64,000 nucleotides of DNA from an uncultured Lentisphaeraceae bacterium (GCA_949289005.1 CASEMQ010000034.1:59964-123963), one strand, 5' to 3'; shown: positions 1 to 9,556, counted from the stretch's first letter. Notes: generated by a model from the letters alone, not told the origin. Numbers and translations: made by a program.

Positions 1-5
1 CCCGC

Positions 6-476
6 ATGGTCTTCGACGACCCCGCGTGGCGCCCCGACCTCATTCTTGCGCTTTGGCGCGGCGGCGCACAGCCCGGCGTCATCGTCAGCGAGGTCTTCGC
101 CTTCCTGGGGCGTGCCACCCCGCACGCCATCGTCAAATGCGCCTCCTACGCCGGTATCGGCCGGCGCACCGACGCCGTCGTCTTCCAAGGCGCCGACGCC
201 ATCCTTGACGCGCTCGCCGGCAAACGCGTCCTTGTCGTGGACGACGTTTTCGACACCGGCAAAACCGCCGAGGCTGCCCGTGCGCGCCTTGCCCACGCCG
301 ACCCGCGCATCGCCACCGTCTACTGGAAGCCCACCGCCAGCCTTGTCCCTTTCCGCCCCGATTACTACGTCCGCGAAACCGCCGACTGGATTGTCTTCCC
401 CCACGAACTCGACGGCCTCACCCCCGACGAACTCCGCGTCAAAGACCCTGAGCTCGCCGACATCCTCTTGGCCTGA
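6..476 (+). CDS. phosphoribosyltransferase, xanthine-guanine PRT (Gpt)-like; may be complete or slightly truncated by window edge
   Basis: PRPP-binding motif VLVVDDVFDTGKT at residue ~77; ~156 aa as in Gpt-type PRTases; ATG only 5 nt from window start. Confidence 0.6.
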   Translation: MVFDDPAWRPDLILALWRGGAQPGVIVSEVFAFLGRATPHAIVKCASYAGIGRRTDAVVFQGADAILDALAGKRVLVVDDVFDTGKTAEAARARLAHADPRIATVYWKPTASLVPFRPDYYVRETADWIVFPHELDGLTPDELRVKDPELADILLA

Positions 477-505
477 CCCCGTCGCGCCGCATTCCATTGC
501 TTGGC

Positions 506-670
506 CTGTCGATAACTTTTGCAAATCTGTTGAAAACCTGTTGAATACGGGCGGGGTCGGGGGGTGCCGCAAATCCCTCTTTTCAATCTATACAAGGGGT
601 CATTTTTCGAGACGCGCCGTATCTCCCCCCGAGACACGGCGCGTCTCGTCATGGGGTGCGCCGTGTCCCG
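506..670 (+). repeat. structured intergenic repeat element, copy 1 of 3 (plus orientation)
   Basis: Shares with copies at 30152-30338 (minus) and 49298-49486 (plus): TGTCGATAAC, GTTGAAAAC-YTGTTGA, distal TTTTCAATC, GGGGTC, and hairpin GAGACGCGCCGT/ACGGCGCGTCTC. Confidence 0.6.
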
Positions 671-830
671 AAACGCCCCGGCCGCGACGTTTTCGACGAC
701 CTCCCGCCATCCCTGTTCCCCTTGCGGTCATTTTGAGGTGTTTTTGGGGGGCGTTTTCTTGGGTGGCGCCGAAAAAAGGCTTGTCGGGAGGGGAGTGGGT
801 GGGTTATACTATGGGGCAAAGGGAGTGGCA

Positions 831-1115
831 ATGCAGGATTTGTTGCGGAAGATGGTGTTTGGCTTTGTTTTCCTCGGGGCCGTCGTGGTCGGTGCGGTCG
901 CGTTGGTGCAGTCTGTGCCGCGGATGCGGGCGTATCGTCAGTGCGACGCGGAGCGCGTGCGGCTGCAGGGTGAGGTGGACGCGGTGCGTCAGCAGGTGAC
1001 GGAGACGCGGAGGAAAATCGACCGTTTCAACCGTTCGCCGTATTACGTGGAGTATCTGGCGCGGGAGAACCATCGCGTGGCGGAGAATGAGGTGGTGCTG
1101 ATTTTCGAGGATTGA
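831..1115 (+). CDS. ftsB: septum formation initiator FtsB/DivIC-like small membrane protein
   Basis: 94 aa with an N-terminal TM helix and coiled coil. C-terminal YVEYLARENHRVAENEVVLIFE resembles the FtsB signature. ATG at 831 after GGGAGTGG. Confidence 0.6.
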   Translation: MQDLLRKMVFGFVFLGAVVVGAVALVQSVPRMRAYRQCDAERVRLQGEVDAVRQQVTETRRKIDRFNRSPYYVEYLARENHRVAENEVVLIFED

Positions 1116-1128
1116 CGGGGGCGGAGCG

Positions 1129-1968
1129 ATGGTGCCGGAGGCCTTGGTCGTCTTCTCGGGAAGCGGGGATTATCCGTTGTGCGCGGTGCGGGGTGCGCGC
1201 GCGGCGGGGGTGCGGCGTGTGTTGGTGGCGGGGGTGCGTGGGATGGTGGCGCGGCGCGTGTTGCGCGAGGCGGACGAGGCGGTTGTCTTTGGGGTGGGGG
1301 AGCTGGAGCGCGCGCTGGGCTGGCTGGAGGGTTGCGGGGCGCGGCACATGATGTTGGTGGGGCAGATCACGCCGGCGGCGTTGTTCCGGACGTGGTTCGA
1401 CGGGCTGACGCGGCGGATTCTCGCGGAGTTGCCGGTGAAGAACGCGCACACGATTTTCGGGCGGATGATTCGCGAGGTGGAGGCGCGCGGGGTGCGGGTG
1501 ATCCCGTCGTCGTGCTTTATGGGGGCGCATATCCCGGGGGCGGGGACGCTGACGCGGCGCGGGCCGGACGCGCGGGAGGCGCAGGATATCGACTTTGGCT
1601 ACCGCGCGGCGATGGGGGTGTGCGGGCTGGACATCGGGCAGACGCTTTTGGTGAAGGAGGGGATGGTGCTGGCGGTGGAGGCGTTTGAGGGGACGAACGC
1701 GACGGTGCGCCGCGCCGCGAAGGTGGGCGGCAAGGGCGCGGTGATGGTGAAGGTGGCCAAGGATGGCCACGACATGCGCTTTGACATCCCGGTCTTCGGC
1801 GAGCACACGGTGCGGCTGTGCCACCGGTGCGGTGTCTCGGCGGTGGCGTTTCAGGCCAATCGCCTGGTGATGATCGACCGCCCGCGCGTGGTGGGGCTGG
1901 CCGACCGTTACGGCATGGCGCTCGTGGGGTTGCCGACCGATCTGCCGCCGGCCCCGCTTGAGCCGTAA
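1129..1968 (+). CDS. lpxI: UDP-2,3-diacylglucosamine pyrophosphatase LpxI (DUF1009)
   Basis: Strong similarity to Caulobacter LpxI: GLDIGQTLLVKEGMVLAVEAFEGTNATVRR, KVAKDGHDMRFDIPVFG; 279 aa. Confidence 0.8.
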   Translation: MVPEALVVFSGSGDYPLCAVRGARAAGVRRVLVAGVRGMVARRVLREADEAVVFGVGELERALGWLEGCGARHMMLVGQITPAALFRTWFDGLTRRILAELPVKNAHTIFGRMIREVEARGVRVIPSSCFMGAHIPGAGTLTRRGPDAREAQDIDFGYRAAMGVCGLDIGQTLLVKEGMVLAVEAFEGTNATVRRAAKVGGKGAVMVKVAKDGHDMRFDIPVFGEHTVRLCHRCGVSAVAFQANRLVMIDRPRVVGLADRYGMALVGLPTDLPPAPLEP

Positions 1969-2163
1969 GGCAAGGCGCGGCGGCGCCGCAACGCAAGCGT
2001 GCCGGGGAACCGCTGCCCGGGGCCGCGTTCTTGCGGAGCGTTGGCAGGCGGCAGCCCGCCGGCGGCCCGTTTCCGGCTCGTGCAAGCCGCGGTTCTCGAC
2101 AGAGCTCTATTCCCAGGACGCCGCCGGCGGGGAAAATCCGCGGTGAGGGGGGATGGCGATTTA

Positions 2164-2172
2164 TGGTATACT
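2164..2172 (+). promoter_or_regulatory. extended -10 promoter TGgTATACT upstream of icd
   Basis: TGnTATACT 35 nt upstream of the icd ATG, in an AT-rich pocket of a GC-rich sequence. Confidence 0.45.
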
Positions 2173-2206
2173 ATGCGCGTTTGTTTTTTTCAATGGAGTG
2201 ATTGCG

Positions 2207-3475
2207 ATGGCGTACACGAAGATTGTCGAGCCGGCGTTTGGCGAGAAGATCACGATGGGTGCGGATGGGCGGCTGGTGGTGCCGGATTGCCCAATCGTCC
2301 CTTTTGTGGAGGGTGACGGCACGGGGCCGGACATCACGGCGGCGGCGATGGTGGTGTGGGACGCGGCGGTGAAGGCCGCGTATGGCGACAGCCGCAAAAT
2401 CGCGTGGATGGAGGTTTACGCGGGGGAGAAGGCGAACGCGGTCTATGGGCCGAACACGTGGTTGCCGGAGGAGACGCTGGAGGCGTGCCGGGATTGCCTG
2501 GTCTCGATCAAGGGGCCGCTGACGACGCCGGTGGGCGGGGGTATCCGATCGATCAACGTGGCGATGCGCCAGGCGCTGGATCTCTATGTCTGCCTGCGGC
2601 CGGTGCGGTGGTTCAAGGGGGTGCCGAGCCCGGTGCTGCATCCGGAGCGGACGGACATGGTGATTTTCCGCGAGAACACGGAGGACATCTACGCGGGCAT
2701 CGAGTGGATGGAGGGGACGCCGGAGGCGCGGAAGGTGATCGACTTCCTTGTCAAGGAGATGGGCGTCAAGAAGATTCGCTTCCCGGGGACGAGTTCGATC
2801 GGCATCAAGCCGGTGTCGCGCGAGGGGAGCGAGCGGCTGATCCGGGCGGCCATCGAGTATGCCATCGCGAACGACCGCAAGTCGGTGACGTTGGTGCACA
2901 AGGGCAACATCCAGAAGTTCACGGAGGGGGCGTTCCGCGACTGGGGTTACGCGCTGGCGCGGCGGGACTATGGCGCGCAGCCCATCGGCGAGGGGCCGTG
3001 GTGCGCCTTCGCGAACCCGCGCACGGGGCGGGAGATCGTGGTGAAGGATTGCATTTGCGACGCTTTCTTGCAGCAGATCTTGACGCGGCCGGCGGAGTAT
3101 GACGTGATCGCGACGCTGAACCTGAACGGCGACTATGTGTCGGACGCGTTGGCGGCGTGCGTGGGCGGCATCGGCATCGCGCCGGGCGCGAACATCAACT
3201 ACAGCACGGGCGTGGCGGTCTTCGAGGCCACGCACGGCACGGCGCCGAAGTACGCGGGGCTGGACAAGGTGAACCCCGGCTCGCTCATCCTCTCGGGCGA
3301 GATGATGTTGCGCTACATGGGCTGGACGGAGGCTGCGGACAAGATCATCGCGGCGATGGACAAGGTGATTGCCGACAAGGTGGTGACCTATGACTTCGCG
3401 CGGCTGATGGAGGGTGCGCGCGAGGTGAAGTGCTCTGAGTTCGGCCGGGCCTTGGCGGAGGCGATGCATGCGTAA
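2207..3475 (+). CDS. icd: NADP-dependent isocitrate dehydrogenase
   Basis: Full-length E. coli-type IDH similarity, 422 aa. RBS GGAGTG lies 7 nt upstream of ATG 2207. Confidence 0.9.
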   Translation: MAYTKIVEPAFGEKITMGADGRLVVPDCPIVPFVEGDGTGPDITAAAMVVWDAAVKAAYGDSRKIAWMEVYAGEKANAVYGPNTWLPEETLEACRDCLVSIKGPLTTPVGGGIRSINVAMRQALDLYVCLRPVRWFKGVPSPVLHPERTDMVIFRENTEDIYAGIEWMEGTPEARKVIDFLVKEMGVKKIRFPGTSSIGIKPVSREGSERLIRAAIEYAIANDRKSVTLVHKGNIQKFTEGAFRDWGYALARRDYGAQPIGEGPWCAFANPRTGREIVVKDCICDAFLQQILTRPAEYDVIATLNLNGDYVSDALAACVGGIGIAPGANINYSTGVAVFEATHGTAPKYAGLDKVNPGSLILSGEMMLRYMGWTEAADKIIAAMDKVIADKVVTYDFARLMEGAREVKCSEFGRALAEAMHA

Positions 3476-5105
3476 CGTGTGGCAGGACCCGACGACGCTC
3501 GCCATCACCTGCGCCAAGGGCGTGGTGCCCTATCTGCGCCGGGAGCTGGAGGCGTTGGGCTACGAGATTTTGGGCAACGACGAGACGACGGTGGGCATTC
3601 GGGCCAAGAATGCCTGCCGCGACATCCTGCGGCTGAACCTGTGCCTGCGCACGGCGCAGCGCGTGCTGTGGCCCTTTGTGCAGGATGTGCGCTGCCGCAC
3701 GCTCAACGACCTCTATCGACTGGCCTATCTGGCGCCGTGGGAGCAGGTGCTGGACGTGGACCAATCCTTTCTCGTGAACAACGTCACGCAAGACGTGCCC
3801 ACGGTCACGGACACGCGGATGCCCACCCTGCGCCTGAAGGACGCCATCGTGGACCGGATGCGCGACAAGTGCGGCCGCCGCCCGAACGTGGGCGACACCG
3901 TGGTCGTGCGCGTGGAGGCCGAGGGCGAGGAACTGCTCAACCGCCGCGCCCCCCTGCGCTCGGCCCAGCGCCTGGTGCGGGCGGCCATCGAGGATTGGCT
4001 GCCCACGTTGCCCCCCGAGCAGGAGCGCGTCGCCCTCAAGATCGAGGTGGATGGCTACGACCTGATGTCGGGCGACTGGTTGCCGTTGGGCAAGATTGAC
4101 TTCCAGACGCTCAAGCGGCGCATGGAGCGCACCTTCGGCTCGCGGCTGAAGGAGGGGCTTCCCGGCGCGGCGGTCTTCCTCCATTGGCAGAAGACCCACG
4201 CCAAGATTTACCTGGACACCTCGGGCATGCCGCTCTCGCGGCGCGGTTATCGCAAGGAGGGCTGGGTGGCGCCGATGCAGGAGGCTTTGGCCGCCGCGTG
4301 CATCCTGGCCACGGGGTGGGACGGCAAGGTGCCCTTCGCGGTGCCCTTCAGCGGGTCGGGCACGCCCGCCATCGAGGCCGCGCTCATGGCCCGCAACATC
4401 CAGCCCGGCACCCTGCGCGCGGACTTCGCCTTCATGCACTTGAAGGGGTGGACCTCCATCATCCCCGGCGAGCGGGCCGGCATCAGCGTGCGCAAGCGCT
4501 TCGGCGCCACGCCCAAGGAAATCTGGCGCGAGATGCTCGCCGAGGCCAAGGCCGCCGAGCGCCCCTTCGACGACCCTTCCCTGCCTTTGATCGTGGGCGT
4601 GGATTGGGAGGACAAGGCGGTGGACATCGCCGAGCGCAACGCCAACGCCGCCGGCGTGGGGCAGAACGTGCGCTTCTTCGCGGAAGACTACTCGGACACG
4701 CCGCTCCCCAAGACCCCCGGCATCCTCTTCATGAACCCGCCCTACGGCGAGCGCCTGGAGGACGAGGAAAGCCTGGGGCCGCTCTACGAGGGCATCGGCC
4801 AATGGTTGCGCCACACGGTGCCCGCGGGGTGGCAGGCTTGGGTCATCACCTCCAGCAAACCGCTCTCGCTGAAAATCGGCCTGCGCACCTCGGCCATCCT
4901 CAACTTCAAGAGCGGCCCGCTTGACTGCCGTCTCATCGGCTATGACATCCACGGCCCGCTCCCCGAACCCGAGCCGGGAGCCGAGGCCGCTCCCGGTTCC
5001 GCGGCGGAAGCCGGCCCGGAGGCGGGGCCTGCGGGGGAGACGGCGTTCGCGACCAATCCGGATGCGGGGGGCGCGCCCGGCGCGGCTCCTGCGTCGGAGG
5101 CGTGA
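3468..5105 (+). CDS. rlmL: THUMP-domain 23S rRNA (guanine-N2)-methyltransferase RlmL-like with Ala/Pro/Gly-rich C-terminal tail
   Basis: N-terminal THUMP domain plus SAM methyltransferase motifs ([19 protein letters not shown]) as in RlmL/YcbY. Start overlaps icd stop (ATGCGTAA). Confidence 0.7.
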   Translation: MRNVWQDPTTLAITCAKGVVPYLRRELEALGYEILGNDETTVGIRAKNACRDILRLNLCLRTAQRVLWPFVQDVRCRTLNDLYRLAYLAPWEQVLDVDQSFLVNNVTQDVPTVTDTRMPTLRLKDAIVDRMRDKCGRRPNVGDTVVVRVEAEGEELLNRRAPLRSAQRLVRAAIEDWLPTLPPEQERVALKIEVDGYDLMSGDWLPLGKIDFQTLKRRMERTFGSRLKEGLPGAAVFLHWQKTHAKIYLDTSGMPLSRRGYRKEGWVAPMQEALAAACILATGWDGKVPFAVPFSGSGTPAIEAALMARNIQPGTLRADFAFMHLKGWTSIIPGERAGISVRKRFGATPKEIWREMLAEAKAAERPFDDPSLPLIVGVDWEDKAVDIAERNANAAGVGQNVRFFAEDYSDTPLPKTPGILFMNPPYGERLEDEESLGPLYEGIGQWLRHTVPAGWQAWVITSSKPLSLKIGLRTSAILNFKSGPLDCRLIGYDIHGPLPEPEPGAEAAPGSAAEAGPEAGPAGETAFATNPDAGGAPGAAPASEA

Positions 5106-5731
5106 TGGCGGCGTTCGGCACCCAGGCGTTGCAACGGCTCCCGCTTTACCTGCGTGTGTTGCGCGAGTGGGCGCGGGAGGGCAACGCCTATGCCTCCGGC
5201 GCGGCGCTGGCGGCCGCGTTGGGCATCGAGTCGGTGGTGGTGCGCAAGGATTTGGCGCGTACGGGGGTGCGCGGCACGCCGCGTGTCGGCTTCCCCATCG
5301 CGCAACTGATCGCGGTGCTGGAACGGCTGACGGGGGCGGACGCGGAGATGACGGCGGTGCTGGCCGGGGTGGGGCGGTTGGGGTCGGCACTCTTGGGCTA
5401 TCCGGGGTTCCGCCGGCAGGGGTTGCGCATCGTGGCGGCCTTTGACGCGGCACCCGAGCGCTGCAACTTGGTGCTGGCGGGCACGCCGGTCTTCCCCGTG
5501 AGCGCGATCACCGAGACGGTGATGCGGCTGGGGGTGGCGTTGGGGATTTTGACGGTGCCGGCGGAGCACGCCCAGCGCGTGGCCGAGCAGATGGTGGCCG
5601 CCGGCGTGCGCGCCATCTGGAACTTCACCCCGGCGCGGCTGGATTTGCCGCGCGAGGTGTTGGTGCAGCGGGAGGATTTGGCCGTGAGCCTGGCGGTGCT
5701 GCTGCACCGCATTCGCGAAAGGAGGCTGTGA
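5102..5731 (+). CDS. rex: redox-sensing transcriptional repressor Rex
   Basis: ~209 aa with N-terminal winged helix and C-terminal Rossmann/CoA-binding-like fold typical of Rex. ATGA overlap with rlmL stop. Confidence 0.8.
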   Translation: MMAAFGTQALQRLPLYLRVLREWAREGNAYASGAALAAALGIESVVVRKDLARTGVRGTPRVGFPIAQLIAVLERLTGADAEMTAVLAGVGRLGSALLGYPGFRRQGLRIVAAFDAAPERCNLVLAGTPVFPVSAITETVMRLGVALGILTVPAEHAQRVAEQMVAAGVRAIWNFTPARLDLPREVLVQREDLAVSLAVLLHRIRERRL

Positions 5732-6558
5732 TGTTCGTTCTGTTCAAGTGGTTGCTGTGGCTGTGCATGCCCTACACGCTCGTGATGGTGGCGTTGGCGG
5801 CGCTGGGGGTGTGGCTCGTCGCGCGCAGGCAGGTCAAGCCGGCGCTCTGCGCGTGGCTGTTGGCGGCGGCGCTTTTCGTGATGGGGCTGCCGGCGCTCTC
5901 GGTCGGTCTGGGGCACGCGTTGGAAAGCAAGTATCCGCCGACGCCGCTCGAGGCCATCCCGAACGCCGATGCGATCGTGCTTTTGGGCGGGGGCGTCGGC
6001 GCGACCGTCGAGGCGGTGCCCTATCCGGAACTCTACTGGGCGGCCGACCGCGCGGTGATGGCCGCGCGCCTCTTCCGCGCAGGCAAGGCGCCGTTGATCA
6101 TCCCCACGGGCGGCGGCGCGCCCTTGGCCGAGAAGCCGCTCTTGGAGACGCTCGGCGTGCCGGCGAGTTCCATCGTCTGCGAGGACGAGGCGCGCGACAC
6201 CGCCGAGAACGCCTCGAAGACGTTCGCCCTGCTCCGTGCCCACAACTGCAAGAAGGCGTTGGTGGTGACCTCCGCGTGGCACCTGCCGCGCGCGATGATG
6301 CTCTTCAAGGCTGAAGGCATCACGTTTGTGCCGGTGGGGTGCGATTACGAGAGCACGCTGGCCTACCTGAAGCGCGACGTCACGCCCCTGTGGCAGAAAC
6401 TCCCGGGCCCCGAGGCCGCAGGGCGCCTGGGCTACTACGTCAAGGAGTGGCTGGGCATTCTCTTCTATTCCTTCCGCAAGCCCGCGCCGGCGCCCGCCAA
6501 GGAAAACGCCAAGGCGGCCGCCGGGGGGAAGGCCAAAGGAGAGGCCAAGGCCGCATGA
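5731..6558 (+). CDS. DUF218/YdcF-family membrane-anchored protein (ElyC/SanA-like)
   Basis: N-terminal TM helices plus DUF218 core (IVLLGGG...IIPTGG...TAENA). RBS AAAGGAGG 5 nt before ATG 5731; alternative GTG at 5728. Confidence 0.7.
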   Translation: MFVLFKWLLWLCMPYTLVMVALAALGVWLVARRQVKPALCAWLLAAALFVMGLPALSVGLGHALESKYPPTPLEAIPNADAIVLLGGGVGATVEAVPYPELYWAADRAVMAARLFRAGKAPLIIPTGGGAPLAEKPLLETLGVPASSIVCEDEARDTAENASKTFALLRAHNCKKALVVTSAWHLPRAMMLFKAEGITFVPVGCDYESTLAYLKRDVTPLWQKLPGPEAAGRLGYYVKEWLGILFYSFRKPAPAPAKENAKAAAGGKAKGEAKAA

Positions 6559-7643
6559 GAGCCTTTCTTTCCCCGCCATTCCTGAATGGGGACGACGAGC
6601 GCGCGCTTGTCGCCGCGGCGCTCGACTCCAACTATATCGCGCCCTGCGGGCCGATGGTGGACGCGTTGGAGCGCGAGGTGGCCGCGCGGCTGGGGTTCGC
6701 GGATGTGCTGGCCACGGTGTCGGGCACGATGGCGTTGGGGTTGCTGGCGCGCGCGCTTGGCATTGGCCCGGGAGACGAGGTCATCGCCAGCGACCTTACC
6801 TTCATCGCATCGGTGGCGCCCTTCGTTACGCTCGGCGCGCGGCCGGTCTTCGTGGATGCCGCGCCGGGCACGTGGTGCATGGACGTGGCCTTGGCCGAAC
6901 GCGCGTTGGCCGAGCATCCCGGGGCGCGCGTGCTGATCGCGACCGACCTCTACGGGCAGTGTTGCGACGTGGACGCGTTGGCCGCGCTGTGCGCGCGCCG
7001 TGGCGTGGCCTTCGTCGTGGACGCCGCGGAGGCGCTGGGGGCGACGTGCCGCGGGCGCGCCGCCGGCAAGGGCGCGTTGGCCGCGGTCTATTCGCTCAAC
7101 GGCAACAAAATCATCACCGCGGGCGGCGGCGGGCTGCTCTGCTCGGACGACGCGGCGCTCTTGGCGCGTTGCCGCAAACTCGCCGGCCAGGCGCGCGAGC
7201 CGGTGCCGTGGTATGAGCACCGCGAGCTGGGCACGCACGGGCGGCTCGGGAACGTGCCGGCGGCCATCGCGTTGGCGCAGTTCCGCCATCTCGACGACGC
7301 GTTGCGCGACAAGGCGGCGGTGTGGGCGGCCTGGCTGGCGCGCCTTCCCGCCTGGGCCGTGCCGATGCCGACGGCGGCCTATGGCGTGCCGAACCGTTGG
7401 CTGACGGTGGCGACGCTGTCCGGGCGTGACCCCTTCCGCGCGGTGACGCTTCTGGCAGAGCGTGGCATCGAGGCGCGGCCGTTGTGGAAGCCGATGCATT
7501 TGCAGCCGGTCTTCCGCGGGGTCCCGGCGGTGTTGTCGGGGGTGGGGGAGCGGCTGTTCGCCGAGGGGATTTGTCTGCCTTCGGGGCGCGGGCTTGCCGC
7601 GGACATCATGGATGAGGCAATCGGAGTGTTGGAGGCGTTATGA
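6555..7643 (+). CDS. DegT/DnrJ/EryC1/StrS-family PLP-dependent sugar aminotransferase
   Basis: Fold-type I aminotransferase motifs (SGTMALGL, SLNGNKIITAGGGGLL with the PLP lysine). ATGA overlap with the upstream gene. Confidence 0.8.
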   Translation: MRAFLSPPFLNGDDERALVAAALDSNYIAPCGPMVDALEREVAARLGFADVLATVSGTMALGLLARALGIGPGDEVIASDLTFIASVAPFVTLGARPVFVDAAPGTWCMDVALAERALAEHPGARVLIATDLYGQCCDVDALAALCARRGVAFVVDAAEALGATCRGRAAGKGALAAVYSLNGNKIITAGGGGLLCSDDAALLARCRKLAGQAREPVPWYEHRELGTHGRLGNVPAAIALAQFRHLDDALRDKAAVWAAWLARLPAWAVPMPTAAYGVPNRWLTVATLSGRDPFRAVTLLAERGIEARPLWKPMHLQPVFRGVPAVLSGVGERLFAEGICLPSGRGLAADIMDEAIGVLEAL

Positions 7644-9556
7644 TTGGGCTTCTTTGGCAGTGTTGCGTCGTGGGGTTGATCGCGTTGGCGTGTTCGTTGG
7701 CGCTGACGCCCGTGGCGCGTGGGTTCATGCGGCGCATCGGCGCGATCGACAAGCCCGATCCGCGGCGCGTCAATCGCGTGCCCGTGCCGCGAGGCGGCGG
7801 GTTGGCGGTGGTGGTGGCCTTCTTCGTGGCGGTGGCGGTGGCGGTGCACGTCTGGCCGGGGGTATGGGCGCATTCGGCCTTTGCGGGCATCCTGCCGTGG
7901 TTCGTGCCGGCGGCCGTGCTGTTGGTGGCGGTGGGGTTCGTGGACGATCGTTTCGGCCTGCCGCCGGTGGTCAAGCTGGCGGCACAGATTGTCTCGGCGG
8001 CGATTTTGTGCTGGGGCGGGGCGCGGTTGACTTTCCCCGAGGCGTGGGGGGCGTGGGTGGCCGAGCCGTGGGTGTATGTGCCGCTCACGTTGGTGTGGTA
8101 TATCGGCGTGGTCAATGCCTTCAATCTGATCGACGGGTTGGACGGGCTCTCCTCCGGGCTGGCGATTTTGGGCACGGTGGGCATCGCGGGCGCCTTTCTC
8201 TTCGTGGAGCCCACGGCGCTGCCGGTGGCCTCGGCGGCTTTCGTGGGAGCCTTGCTGGGCTTTCTGCGTTACAATTACAACCCGGCGTCCGTCTTTCTGG
8301 GCGATTCGGGGAGTCTCTTCGTGGGGCTGACGGTGGCGACGCTGGCGTTGGTGTCGCGGCGGAGCGACGCGTTCCTGGTGTCGATGGGCATCCCCGTGTT
8401 GTGCCTGGGCGTGCCGTTGATCGACACGGGGCTGGCCGTCTTGCGGCGCACGTTGCGCTATATGTTGCGCCGGCTGGACGCGCCGCAGGGCACGGAGGGC
8501 GGCACCGGCGCGGTGATGACGGCCGATCGCGATCATGTCCACCATCGCTTCCTGGCGCTGGCGCACGGCAATCAGCGTCGCGCCGTCTGGGCGCTCTATG
8601 GGCTGGCCGCGGTGCTGATGGCGCTGGGGTTCGTGGCGTTGGCGGTTCGCGAGGCCAAGGCCACCGCCTTTATCATCGGCTTTTGCGCCTTCGCGGCGGT
8701 AATCGTCCGCGCGATGACGAACGTGGAGTTATGGGACGCGGGGCGGTTGCTCGCGCGCCCCGGCGCGCGTTGCGGCCGGCGCACCGCCACCGTGATCTTC
8801 TATGTGCTGAGCGACGTGGCGGTGATGGTCGCGCTCTATGTCGCGTTGCTGTGGCTGCTGTGGGATTTTCTCCCGGCGTATTCCCTGCGGAGGTTCCTCA
8901 ACTTCTTCTTGGCCTATTCGGTGCCGGTGGCGGTGGCGATGGTGTTGGTGCGGGCGTACACGCGCATTTGGGGGCGCAGCACGCGCAAGGATTCCTTTAT
9001 GGTCGTGGCCGCTGTGGCCGGCGGGTCGCTGGTCTCCCACCTGACGCTTGCCTATCTGGTGCCCGAATTGGCGGGTGCGATGGTGCGCTTCCATGTGCTT
9101 TGGGCGGCGTTGTTGCCGTTGCCGCTCTTGATGGCGCGCTTGGCGAAGACGGCGTTTTTGCAGTGGCTGGCCTTCGCCGAGAACCGCCGCCTGTGCCGCC
9201 GGTCGTTGCAGGATGCCTCCATCCCGCGCGTGTTGTTCTATGGCGCCGGGGTGAGCCTGCGCGCGACCATCACGCTCTACGAGGTCAACGTGACACGCAA
9301 CCACATGGCGCTTATCGGCGTGCTGGACGACAATCTGGGCCTCCACGGGCGCATCTTCCGCGACCTGCCCATCTTTGGCCCGCTGGAGGTCTTGGAGGAG
9401 GATCCCGACCTGTTCGCCCGTCTCCGCCCCACGCAAATCGTCGTCACCACGCCTGCAATCCCGCCCGCCCGCCTGGCGGAGATTCGCGCTTTCTGCGACG
9501 CGCATGGCATCGCCCTCTTGCGGAGCGTCATCGAGCAGTCGCCGCGGCCGCTCTGA
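7640..9556 (+). CDS. polyprenyl-phosphate HexNAc-1-phosphate transferase (WecA/MraY family) fused to C-terminal TM plus CoA-binding-like domain
   Basis: N-terminal ~350 aa carry the MraY/WecA motif VNAFNLIDGLDGL and multiple TM helices. C-terminal ~250 aa resemble the WbaP/WbpM-type CoA-binding domain (RVLFYGAG...IGVLDDN...PIFGP). ATGA overlap with DegT. Confidence 0.7.
   Translation: MIGLLWQCCVVGLIALACSLALTPVARGFMRRIGAIDKPDPRRVNRVPVPRGGGLAVVVAFFVAVAVAVHVWPGVWAHSAFAGILPWFVPAAVLLVAVGFVDDRFGLPPVVKLAAQIVSAAILCWGGARLTFPEAWGAWVAEPWVYVPLTLVWYIGVVNAFNLIDGLDGLSSGLAILGTVGIAGAFLFVEPTALPVASAAFVGALLGFLRYNYNPASVFLGDSGSLFVGLTVATLALVSRRSDAFLVSMGIPVLCLGVPLIDTGLAVLRRTLRYMLRRLDAPQGTEGGTGAVMTADRDHVHHRFLALAHGNQRRAVWALYGLAAVLMALGFVALAVREAKATAFIIGFCAFAAVIVRAMTNVELWDAGRLLARPGARCGRRTATVIFYVLSDVAVMVALYVALLWLLWDFLPAYSLRRFLNFFLAYSVPVAVAMVLVRAYTRIWGRSTRKDSFMVVAAVAGGSLVSHLTLAYLVPELAGAMVRFHVLWAALLPLPLLMARLAKTAFLQWLAFAENRRLCRRSLQDASIPRVLFYGAGVSLRATITLYEVNVTRNHMALIGVLDDNLGLHGRIFRDLPIFGPLEVLEEDPDLFARLRPTQIVVTTPAIPPARLAEIRAFCDAHGIALLRSVIEQSPRPL

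Noticed and set aside
46-999. 317-aa plus-strand ORF overlapping the PRTase and repeat copy 1
   Set aside because: It is in an alternative frame of a good PRTase gene and runs through the non-coding repeat element. Its Ser/Pro/Thr-rich low complexity is not credible as protein.
3345-5453. 702-aa minus-strand ORF antisense to rlmL/rex
   Set aside because: Pro/Arg/Ala-rich and overlaps two supported genes. It is a GC artefact.
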